Positions 15,301 through 22,494 of a stretch of 41,800 nt of DNA are shown here, one piece after another. A model generated the notes under the pieces. The model saw nothing but the letters and a program-made list of their open reading frames with translations, did not search any database and was not told the origin of the DNA. Made by a program: the position numbers and the translations under genes. This stretch comes from an uncultured Candidatus Poseidoniales archaeon (lineage in GTDB: Archaea; Thermoplasmatota; Poseidoniia; Poseidoniales; Thalassarchaeaceae): the NCBI GenBank assembly GCA_964608795.1, contig CAZSPJ010000001.1, forward strand, positions 1 through 41,800, in the 5' to 3' direction. The first letter of the stretch is position 1; the number at the start of each line of letters is the position of its first letter.

Positions 15301-18054
15301 GACAATGCAGGAATCAACCCACTGAACGGCTCCGATTCGTTGAACAACCCTGATGGAGATGGCTATGATATCAACCATGATGGGGTGCTTGGACTTGAGG
15401 AGAGCCTAGTCAACTGGCTAGAGTACCACCTCAAGTCGGAGATCCTGTACGGCGACCAGTCCGCTTCCGGCATGGAATACCCCGAGAACTTCACCACCCT
15501 GCTGTGGAACGAGACGTGGCTGAACTTCGCTGACGATTCGTTCGGAGACTTCACCAGTCCTGCTTACAGGAGCCTAATCAACGGCACCACCTCTCAGGAT
15601 GTCGGCTCGGCCAACCCCCTCTCATCCGATTCGGACAGAGACGGCATGCCAGACGGTTGGGAGTTCTACTATGCCAGATGGAGCCTGTTCGATGGGCAGT
15701 GGACACTCAACCCGGTCGATGAGAGGGACAGGACGGGCGACCCAGACGGCGATGGGATGAACAACTGGGAGGAGTACAACGTCATCGACGGCAACCTCAG
15801 CGAGACTGACGAACTAATCACAGTGCCTCAGTTCTACCTGTTGAGCGTCGGTGGTGAACTGCTGGCTTCACCTTGGTTGTCGGCGGAGTCAGCTGCTTCA
15901 TTCGGCAGTTTCCTCACAGACGAGCAGATCAACAAGAGCGGCAGGACAGCCGATCCGAATGACCCCGATACCGATGACGACGGGCTGCTCGACGGCATCG
16001 AGTTAATCTTCACTCGGTGGAACTCGACCGACGAGGTCTGGACCCTGAATCCGCTGGTCGCTGGCGACGGCTACTACGACTCCGACCGTGACGGCATCAC
16101 TGACCTCGTCGAGCTAAACCTCACCCTCAACAATCCTGCCAATGGTGGCCTCTCCCCTCCGGATGCACCGCGGATGTGGGAGGAGGCCGAGCAACTGGAT
16201 CCCGATGAGGCGGTCAATCGAGTCTACAGGATCCTGTTCAATAAGGAGGGCAGGGCCGAATTGGCGATTGCCCAGTTCGAGTCCTGGCAGGACGGCTCGG
16301 CAGCCCAACCGGTGGTCGCCGCTCTGCTGGGTGCCTCCGACCCGAACGCGGAGGACACCGACCGCGACGGCATGAGTGACGGCTACGAGTACTGGTTCAC
16401 TGAGTGGGACCTCGAGCAGAACACCTGGGAGATGAACCTCCTGACCGACAGTGACATCCATACCGACTCAGACGATGATTCGTTCGACTGCAACGGTGAT
16501 GGGCACATCTCGGACTCGGAGTCATACGACAACCTCGCTGAGTACGACGCCAGGGTGTACGGCAAGCGCTCGGCAGTCGATACCATCCCCAACGGAACCG
16601 GACTGGTCTCCTACGGCGCCGACGCCGTGACCGCCCAGATTGAGGAGAACGGTCTAGCCTACGAGGCGGCCTTCGCCCAGCTCTACGTCATGTTCTCGAC
16701 CAAGAGCCTAGTGTCAGCCGAGCGCGCTGGGCTAATCAACGGGGTCGACCCAGACACTTTCAACTACAGCATCGCCGGGGTCAGCGACCCGACCGACGAC
16801 GACTCCGATCGAGACGGGATGCCCGATGGCTGGGAGTTCTGCTACTCGATTTATGGCGAGTTCCTGCCGGTGAACTCGTACAGGTGGTCGATGAATCCAA
16901 TCAACCCCCTCGACGTCGACTACGACCCGGACGCAGATGGCTGGTACGACAGGTCGTGGGAAGATGTCCCGGCCCTTCAGGGCACATGGGAGGGCCGGCA
17001 GTTCACATCCGCGCCCGTCGACCAGCAGATTGGGCAGGGCTTCCTCGGCCTGTACTTCAGCAACCTGATGGAGTACGAGAACGGCACCCACCCACTCGAT
17101 ACCGACTCCGATGACGACTCTATGGTGATGAAGCCGATTATACAGAACGGGATTGTCATCGACTATGTGCAGGACACCAACCTCTCGGACGGACGAGAGG
17201 TGTTCAAGTACGGGACCAATCCGCTGGACAACGACACCGACGGCGACATGATGCCTGACTTCTACGAGTACTACCGGGGATGGAACGAGGCCAATGACAA
17301 CTGGTCCTCGTACCTGAAGATCTCAGTAGTCTGGCAGCAGATTACGGCAACTAACTGGAAGCCCGTCAACATCACTGGGACGAGCATCGCGAGGCCCGAG
17401 CTCGCATGGACCTGGTTCACCCACGACGCCACAGACCCATCTGACGCGGGACAGGACGCCGACAACGACGGCGGCTGGGAATGCTCCAGCGGCAACTGCC
17501 TCTATGTCCCGTACAACAACTTCCAGGAGTACTACGGGCTGGTCAATGCATCACTGGCCTCGCCCACCCTCGTGAGGCAAGCCGGGCTGTACGACTGCTC
17601 CGGCAGCATAGTTCAGGAGTGGTGGCAGCTACGCGAGTCCCTGCTGGGGACTTGCTCGGGCAGCGCTGCACTCAGTTCGAACTATTTCCGCATGTATCGA
17701 GTCAACAACGCCGACCTGCTGTACGCCCTCGTCATCGACGACAACGATGCAGACTACGAGGACATCGACACCAGCGATGACGAGGTCTTCGTCAACGGTG
17801 CGTGGACAGATGAGTACCAGAGGTTCGCAGGTGACCAGTACCACTTACCTAACACCGGATTAGGTGAGTATGTCTACGGCTGGTGGCTGATTGACATCGA
17901 CGGAGACCAAATCGCCGACGGCACCAATCCAGCGAACTGGGACACCGACGGCGACTGGCTCAACGACTTCTTCGAGATCGAGGATGACATGCTCGACGGG
18001 GTACGGGGCAACAGCGGCTCCCCCATCAGGTACGACGACCGCACCACTAGTTGA
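12337..18054 (+). CDS. Giant (1905 aa) secreted protein with at least 14 thrombospondin-type-3-like Ca-binding repeats flanking a beta-propeller-like central region. No C-terminal anchor.
   Basis: GTG 12337 gives the signal peptide MRRKQTALLITLLLLSSLAFVSQ. DxDxDGxxDxxE repeats are present (DTDGDGLPDGYE, DSDLDGMPDGWE, DTDGDGMPDGWE, DSDRDGMPDGWEFYY and others). The central region has repeats such as VGSRYGISVIDP, VGTDAGLIAWN, VGTAGGLHLLN and IGSRDGTWCLE, which look like propeller blades. The C-terminus ...PIRYDDRTTS is hydrophilic. Confidence 0.9.
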   Translation: MRRKQTALLITLLLLSSLAFVSQTRPQSSVSSTDPITADRGGPPVTDEDGDRIPDLHESIFGDVRLIESSTGVVSVSGLDPMNATDNMSDHDNDGASALMEFCWPYTLDTCFDRLSLTGKPPQFTESGLREYLDPRVADTDGDGLPDGYEIYMCTEGGLGYQNATNSWQCLWFDPLDPSDSIEDIDKCEDFSFGCGDGFDVNRDGYIDVGERYTNSEEYLYGTPEDWLTERDGLWCAGEIPGLTDDSCQTEIARATNDRGWLGSDPTEPDSDYYTWSEVIAIGLAVPGDGIPDGWEVHYGLDPRNSSDAIEDTDLDGWDLDRDGFIIPDISTSTAHWGEAFSNYEEYMIHYDEGAWVTPGLRGISSSESDSVVASFDQSTSPGLVDGSVHTVLADSARDRLLVGSRYGISVIDPFEGTASLYELPSGMEMYTMIRWSPGDSDFLVMGSNLGLHSITLENGLPLMGSMSESSIGPVEGIYALDTGSGDLDLMLFGNDSAWTAIVSNLGSGADATVSEPVPNEAMTETLASFEAEVLSALHVPMFGRGPLLLVGTDAGLIAWNTTDGSTSVGAPWWVFDRENAEDFVQRADLLNVSKSAVVNALVTAGPLDASGGVEEVTGVWVGTAGGLHLLNLQLLVQMPRTAFDSDRMYNIERWAEGANDIYSILPMDGKIVIGSRDGTWCLEGGHSGVLGLYLNQTRIPGMATTLTTLEHGSSLWVFAGISPGRYMNIMPIDPTSEDSDLDGMPDGWEFIYGLDPTDPHDRYRDADADGVHFSTSDGFEFDRDWTNLDEYRFVSATEGGFNGTDPRDMDTDGDGLTDGEEYWGWFAESTNFECHYLNEEYLCDEQTGELAEQVHLEGWLGSGAGGGTDGPTDPSNADTDGDGMPDGWEMEHRRWIGDAYNGGNLWTLDPRDPTDKDQDADGDGLSNLCEYMWGNLLETVLREGLATHGETSEAAANWTATDPNDIDSDGDTLPDGWEARYACSWNKDNAGINPLNGSDSLNNPDGDGYDINHDGVLGLEESLVNWLEYHLKSEILYGDQSASGMEYPENFTTLLWNETWLNFADDSFGDFTSPAYRSLINGTTSQDVGSANPLSSDSDRDGMPDGWEFYYARWSLFDGQWTLNPVDERDRTGDPDGDGMNNWEEYNVIDGNLSETDELITVPQFYLLSVGGELLASPWLSAESAASFGSFLTDEQINKSGRTADPNDPDTDDDGLLDGIELIFTRWNSTDEVWTLNPLVAGDGYYDSDRDGITDLVELNLTLNNPANGGLSPPDAPRMWEEAEQLDPDEAVNRVYRILFNKEGRAELAIAQFESWQDGSAAQPVVAALLGASDPNAEDTDRDGMSDGYEYWFTEWDLEQNTWEMNLLTDSDIHTDSDDDSFDCNGDGHISDSESYDNLAEYDARVYGKRSAVDTIPNGTGLVSYGADAVTAQIEENGLAYEAAFAQLYVMFSTKSLVSAERAGLINGVDPDTFNYSIAGVSDPTDDDSDRDGMPDGWEFCYSIYGEFLPVNSYRWSMNPINPLDVDYDPDADGWYDRSWEDVPALQGTWEGRQFTSAPVDQQIGQGFLGLYFSNLMEYENGTHPLDTDSDDDSMVMKPIIQNGIVIDYVQDTNLSDGREVFKYGTNPLDNDTDGDMMPDFYEYYRGWNEANDNWSSYLKISVVWQQITATNWKPVNITGTSIARPELAWTWFTHDATDPSDAGQDADNDGGWECSSGNCLYVPYNNFQEYYGLVNASLASPTLVRQAGLYDCSGSIVQEWWQLRESLLGTCSGSAALSSNYFRMYRVNNADLLYALVIDDNDADYEDIDTSDDEVFVNGAWTDEYQRFAGDQYHLPNTGLGEYVYGWWLIDIDGDQIADGTNPANWDTDGDWLNDFFEIEDDMLDGVRGNSGSPIRYDDRTTS
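12751..17976 (+). repeat. Dispersed in-frame ~36-nt coding repeats (TSP type-3-like DxDxDGxxDxxE modules) inside the 1905-aa gene
   Basis: I located copies at 12751-12786, 14551-14589, 14767-14802, 14971-15006, 15088-15130, 15238-15273, 15628-15663, 15739-15774, 15967-16002, 16078-16113, 16354-16389, 16801-16836, 17233-17268 and 17941-17976. Some share identical runs, for example atgccagacggttgggag in the 14971 and 15628 copies. Confidence 0.85.
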
Positions 18055-18084
18055 TTTCTTGAGCGACCTCCCTCACGCTCCGAC

Positions 18085-18555
18085 ATGGACGAAGATGCGC
18101 GGGTGCCCGCACCCGACGCACCAGTTGAGGAAAGGTTACTCTTCCTGCAGGAGAACATGGTGAGCTTCGTCAATCAGTTCAGCATGCCAGTCATCGAGGT
18201 AGCCCTGGTCCTCTCGAAGTATATCCGCATCCTCCTCGAGTCACTGCAGAATACCGCGCAGAGCAACGGCGAGGTCTTGCCATCGAGACTCACCGAGCCG
18301 TGGCACATTGACACCCAGAAAGAACCTCCTAGAATCGACTCATTCCCACTCGAGACGCTGCTTGGCAATCTCGATGAGGACAGGATGGACATTCTAGACA
18401 CTCTAATCCGGACCATCCTAAACGAGAGCCAACTCCCCTTCACACCCGCTCTTACCCTGCTGAGGGAATGGGAGGCTCTGGTCAGGACTCAACTGGCCGC
18501 CGCCAGCGGACCAGGACAGCTGTTCAGCCCACTAGAGCTGCCCGAGGATTTCTAA
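18085..18555 (+). CDS. Small acidic, probably helical, hypothetical protein
   Basis: The ATG ORF lies 30 nt downstream of the giant gene on the same strand. Composition looks coding (no Arg/Ser/Pro skew) and no motif is recognised. Its stop directly abuts the stop of the convergent gene (18553-18558, TAATCA). Confidence 0.55.
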   Translation: MDEDARVPAPDAPVEERLLFLQENMVSFVNQFSMPVIEVALVLSKYIRILLESLQNTAQSNGEVLPSRLTEPWHIDTQKEPPRIDSFPLETLLGNLDEDRMDILDTLIRTILNESQLPFTPALTLLREWEALVRTQLAAASGPGQLFSPLELPEDF

Positions 18556-18888
18556 TCAGTCACTCTCGGCCTTGGCGACGATGCCGCTGGAGACCCACCA
18601 GGCATCGGCGACCGACCAGATGAACAGCACTGGCCACAGCACGACGGAGAAAATCAGAGGGAGTTGTATGACGAAGCACCCGAAGGCCTTGCGGTGCTGG
18701 CGGTTGAAGTGCTGCCCGAGATAGAGGAAGGGGATCAGCGAGAGAGCCAGAGCGACGAGGGGACGCAGAGCCCCCCAGGGGCCAACACCACCGCTCAACT
18801 CGTACCAGATTACCCCTATCACGCCCAGAGCGCTGGGCGCCCCCGGTTCCTCGTCGGAGGCCACGCTGACTACATACTCCTCCGTCAT
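18556..18888 (-). CDS. Small integral membrane protein (about 3 TM helices)
   Basis: From ATG 18888 the protein reads MTEEYVVSVASDEEPGAPS, followed by hydrophobic segments ALGVIGVIWYEL, LRPLVALALSLIPFLYL and FGCFVIQLPLIFSVVLWPVLFIWSVADAWWV. The upstream extension to 18963 is low-complexity and would overlap the divergent gene. Confidence 0.6.
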   Translation of the reverse strand: MTEEYVVSVASDEEPGAPSALGVIGVIWYELSGGVGPWGALRPLVALALSLIPFLYLGQHFNRQHRKAFGCFVIQLPLIFSVVLWPVLFIWSVADAWWVSSGIVAKAESD

Positions 18889-18975
18889 CACCACCCTACC
18901 AGCACCCCCGCTGCATGAATCTGACGCCAACTGGGGCGGCGAAAAGGCGAACAGCAGTTGCACCGACCGCTGCGC

Positions 18976-19965
18976 GTGAGCGAGCCCAGGGTTCTGGTCA
19001 CGGCTTTCCCGCCGTTCTCCGATTTTGACAGCAACGTGTCTCAGAGCGTGCTGGAGAGGCTGGAAGTCGAAGGAGTGCAGGGACTCGATATCGTGACATG
19101 TATTCTCAGCGTAGACGAGGACGGCTCACGCGCGGTCGCTGAGCAGATGCGAAACGACATGCAGGTCGATGGCATACTGCATCTGGGTCTGGCGGCGAGA
19201 AGGGAATCGATATCCCTAGAGAGGCTGGCCCGCAACGAGTATTCGATGAACGAGCCGGACAACTCTGGCCGATTTCTCGAGTCAGGGACGATAATCCAGG
19301 GTGCGCCCGCAACCTTGCAGACCACCGCACCGGTGCACGTCATAGACGAGGAGTTCGAGCACGACGAGCATATCCACTGGAGCGAGGATGCAGGAGGATA
19401 CGTATGCAACGAGACAATCTACCGAACACTGCACGCGATGCAAGCGAGAGAGGAGGCGCCTCTGCCGGCACTGTTCGTCCATCTCCCGCCCGAGGGCGAA
19501 GTCCCACTGGATGTCCAGATCGAAGCGGTCGGGCGGATTGCGACCTGCCTTGTATGCAGGCCGACGTACGATGTCGTCGGCGGATTGCTGTTCGATGCCG
19601 ATGGCAGGATACTGGCCTGTAGACGACCGAAGGGCGACGCTTGGGCCGGCTGGTGGGAGTTTCCCGGAGGGAAGATTGAACCCGACGAGGATCCCGCATC
19701 AGCGCTAATCAGGGAGCTCACCGAGGAGATCGGAGTCTCCGCGGAGCCGAAATACATGGTTGAGAGGCTGCTCTACGAGTACGACGACAGGTCAGTGAGG
19801 CTGCAGATTTGGGACTGCGGAATCATCGATCCTGCTTCGATAAGGCTGGTCGAGCACGACGAGGCCAGATGGCTCTCGACGGACGAACTTCTGGATGTCA
19901 AATGGCTACCAGCTGACCTGCCCCTAATCGAGAGATGGAGACGAGAGGGCATCCCCCGGCCCTAG
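18976..19965 (+). CDS. Fusion protein: pyroglutamyl peptidase I (peptidase C15, Pcp) N-domain + MutT-type Nudix hydrolase C-domain
   Basis: The Pcp part reads RVLVTAFPPFSDFDSNVSQSVLERL, ISLERLARNE (Glu), AGGYVCNETIY (Cys) and ALFVHLPPEG (His). The Nudix box WEFPGGKIEPDEDPASALIRELTEEIGV fits GX5EX7REUXEEXGU exactly. The start is GTG 18976 or TTG 18958. Confidence 0.85.
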   Translation: MSEPRVLVTAFPPFSDFDSNVSQSVLERLEVEGVQGLDIVTCILSVDEDGSRAVAEQMRNDMQVDGILHLGLAARRESISLERLARNEYSMNEPDNSGRFLESGTIIQGAPATLQTTAPVHVIDEEFEHDEHIHWSEDAGGYVCNETIYRTLHAMQAREEAPLPALFVHLPPEGEVPLDVQIEAVGRIATCLVCRPTYDVVGGLLFDADGRILACRRPKGDAWAGWWEFPGGKIEPDEDPASALIRELTEEIGVSAEPKYMVERLLYEYDDRSVRLQIWDCGIIDPASIRLVEHDEARWLSTDELLDVKWLPADLPLIERWRREGIPRP

Positions 19966-20513
19966 TCATCACCAATCGTCCGTTTTCCTTTGCGGTCGAA
20001 CCACTCGACAGGCTCCCCGTCGCTGGCCATCGCCAGTTCGTCACCCACACTGCGTGGGACGGAATCTCGACCCGCGTGCCAAGTCTGCTGCTCCAGCCAG
20101 GCCGCCAGCCCCTCTCCGGTCAGCCCGACCCTCATCTCACCGCCGATTGCCCTGTCTTTGACGACGAAGGATACCTTGCCTGCGAGGGCAGCCTGACGGG
20201 ACAGGGAGAAGCCCGTGGAGCTCCCGTCCAGCTCCAAACTCATCGCATCTAGGGCGGTATCGAGGACCCTCTGAATCCTGACCGCTTCAAGCAGCGTGTC
20301 CAGGGACTCGGACGAACCAGTCATCATCTCCGCCGCCCGACCGCTGGGGAATCCCGAGTTCGAGGGCATCCTGTCAGGGCTCCAATCGGGAAACATCACT
20401 TGGACAGCGTCCACCACTCGCTGTGGGTCCTCGTGCGGCTGCACCACCGTGGAGACACTGATTAGGGGAGACACGAGCCTTCGTGCGCGTCGCTGGCCAT
20501 GAGTTCTCTGCAT
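19962..20513 (-). CDS. UPF0201-family predicted RNA-binding protein (COG1931-like)
   Basis: ISVSTVVQPHEDPQRVVDAVQVMFP, SLDTLLEAVRIQRVLDTALDAM and FSLSRQAALAGKVSF match my recollection of the family hallmarks (PTED strand, RxQRILDxA helix, NKQAAxxGxVxF). An in-frame GTG at 20474 would give a family-typical N-terminus, MSPLISVSTVV. ATG 20513 is the outer bound. Confidence 0.7.
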   Translation of the reverse strand: MQRTHGQRRARRLVSPLISVSTVVQPHEDPQRVVDAVQVMFPDWSPDRMPSNSGFPSGRAAEMMTGSSESLDTLLEAVRIQRVLDTALDAMSLELDGSSTGFSLSRQAALAGKVSFVVKDRAIGGEMRVGLTGEGLAAWLEQQTWHAGRDSVPRSVGDELAMASDGEPVEWFDRKGKRTIGDD

Positions 20514-20535
20514 CCGACCGCTCCCGGGAACGCGA

Positions 20536-21300
20536 ATGATTCAAACGATGCGAGAATGGGCCCGAGGCATGGCTCAGCGCTCACCGATGATGGGAGCCGC
20601 CCTCCTCCTCGCCCCGACCATGTGCGTGGTGGCGCTACGCTATGGCTCCGACGCATTAGAAGAGGTCATCTCGCAGGATATCACTCTGAGGTACTCGATC
20701 CACGCAGCCGCCCTCTTGGTGGGTGTTGTGATGTTCATGAGGTACCGCAAGATCGAGGATCATGAGTTTCACAGGTCTAGGGCGATCCGCAAGCTTTCCA
20801 AAGCGTACTCGCGCGAGGACAGGGGGCTGTGGGAGAAGGGCGAAGCCGCGATAGAGCGCATGGAGGCCAAGGCGAGCACCCCAGCCACCGGTCGCAAGGC
20901 CCTGAAGGCCCAAGCGCTGAAGTCCGGGACCGTCGGTTCCCTGAACACCGAGCGCTCGGAGGAGGACATAGGCGAGGACACCGAACCCCCTCAGACGCAG
21001 ACCACGGGCATCAGCACCATGGTCGACGAGGAGGCTATAGCCGAGCCGAAGGCCCCGGGGGTGTTCTCGAGGATATCAGGGGCGATCAACAGCCGTCTCG
21101 ATGCATCGGCCGAGCGCAGGATGGAGCGCAGAGTCACTAAAGCCAGCAAGAAGGCCTCATCGAAGACCTCATCGGATGACCAGTGGGCGACTCCAGCAGA
21201 ATCCTCCTTGGCTCGTTCGGTCATCTCCTGCACAGCCTGCGGCGCTCTGAACAACTCCGGAACCCCGTACTGCACATCATGCGGGGAGTTCCTGACTTGA
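20536..21300 (+). CDS. Membrane protein with two N-terminal TM helices, a long polar linker and a C-terminal zinc ribbon
   Basis: TM segments are MMGAALLLAPTMCVVAL and IHAAALLVGVVMFM. The linker is rich in K, S and E. The C-terminus CTACGALNNSGTPYCTSCG is a CxxC-x10-CxxC ribbon. The gene lies 48 nt upstream of dnaJ on the same strand. Confidence 0.7.
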   Translation: MIQTMREWARGMAQRSPMMGAALLLAPTMCVVALRYGSDALEEVISQDITLRYSIHAAALLVGVVMFMRYRKIEDHEFHRSRAIRKLSKAYSREDRGLWEKGEAAIERMEAKASTPATGRKALKAQALKSGTVGSLNTERSEEDIGEDTEPPQTQTTGISTMVDEEAIAEPKAPGVFSRISGAINSRLDASAERRMERRVTKASKKASSKTSSDDQWATPAESSLARSVISCTACGALNNSGTPYCTSCGEFLT

Positions 21301-21348
21301 GGGTGGGGTTGAAAACGGTCGGTCAAGAGCCCCGCACAGGCGAGGGCC

Positions 21349-22494
21349 ATGGCAGGTAAGAGGGACTACTACGAAGTTCTAGGCGTGGCCAGAGACGCCA
21401 CCGGTTCAGAAATCAAGCGAGCATTCAGATCACTGGCTCGTCAGCACCACCCCGACAAGAACCCCGAGGACCCCGAGTCTGAGAGGAGGTTCAAGGAAGT
21501 TCAGGAGGCCTATGCAGTACTGTCTGACCCCGAAGAGCGGAGGAAGTACGACACCTTCGGTCACGAGCAGCCCGGCGGATCTCCGTTCGGCCCAAGCGGT
21601 TTCCAAGGAGTAAATATCAGCATAGACGATCTGTTCGGAGGTGGTTTTGAGAGCATCTTCAGCCAAATTTTCAGTGGAGGGAGGGGCCAGCGCAGAAGCA
21701 GGGGCAGGGACCTGCTTCTGAATCACGAAGTACCGTTCCAAGCTGTCATGGACGGCTACGAGGACGATATCGAGATAGATGTACTGAAGATCTGCGAGAA
21801 GTGCGATGGGACTGGTTCCGAGAGCACAGACGGAGTGAGGGAGTGCCCTACCTGCGACGGCCGAGGCAGAATCCAGAGGATAGAGAAGGCCGGCTTCTTC
21901 ACCAAACAGGTAGTCTCAGACTGCTCGTCGTGCAGAGGCGAGGGAAGGATAGTCAGCGATCCCTGCGCGACCTGCGATGGGCAGGGCAGGGCTAGGCAAG
22001 CCAAGCAGGTGCGGTTCACAGTGCCCCCCGGTGTTGCGACTGGGACCCGACTCAGGATGAGGGGTCACGGCGAGGCAGCTAGGGGTAACAGAGGGGAGAG
22101 CGGTGATTTGTATATCCAGATTGAGGTCGAGGAGCACCCCTGGTTTGAGAGGGACGGCCCGGACCTCCTGATGGCACTGCCTCTGGGGTTCGTTGAACTG
22201 GTCCTCGGCACCCAAGTCGAGATTCCGCACATCGATGGAAGCGACCTCTCAATCAAGGTACCAGCAGGCTCGAATCCTGGTGAGACCCTGAGCATCCCTG
22301 GCCGTGGGCTACCTGGGGGCAGAGGTCGTCGCGGCAGGGGCTCCGTCACCGTACTGCTCAAGTTGGACATGCCGAGCAAAGTGCCGCGCTCCCTGAAGAA
22401 ATCCCTTGAGGGGATGCGCGGAGAGATTGGCACCGATATGGATTCCCTGCAGGATGCGATAAGGTTCGAGGCCAACAAGAGAAGAAGGCCCTGA
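21349..22494 (+). CDS. dnaJ: Chaperone DnaJ (type I Hsp40)
   Basis: The J domain reads DYYEVLGV...HHPDKNP. A G/F-rich linker follows. There are four CxxCxGxG zinc-finger repeats ([32 protein letters not shown]) and C-terminal substrate-binding domains. Confidence 0.95.
   Translation: MAGKRDYYEVLGVARDATGSEIKRAFRSLARQHHPDKNPEDPESERRFKEVQEAYAVLSDPEERRKYDTFGHEQPGGSPFGPSGFQGVNISIDDLFGGGFESIFSQIFSGGRGQRRSRGRDLLLNHEVPFQAVMDGYEDDIEIDVLKICEKCDGTGSESTDGVRECPTCDGRGRIQRIEKAGFFTKQVVSDCSSCRGEGRIVSDPCATCDGQGRARQAKQVRFTVPPGVATGTRLRMRGHGEAARGNRGESGDLYIQIEVEEHPWFERDGPDLLMALPLGFVELVLGTQVEIPHIDGSDLSIKVPAGSNPGETLSIPGRGLPGGRGRRGRGSVTVLLKLDMPSKVPRSLKKSLEGMRGEIGTDMDSLQDAIRFEANKRRRP

Noticed and set aside
12751-17976. 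Regularly recurring similar ~36-nt units, considered as a CRISPR array or a DGR template/variable repeat pair
   Set aside because: The units are degenerate, in frame, irregularly spaced (tens to more than 1000 nt apart) and encode DxDxDG Ca-binding loops. There is no reverse transcriptase or cas gene in the window, and there is no pair differing mainly at adenines.
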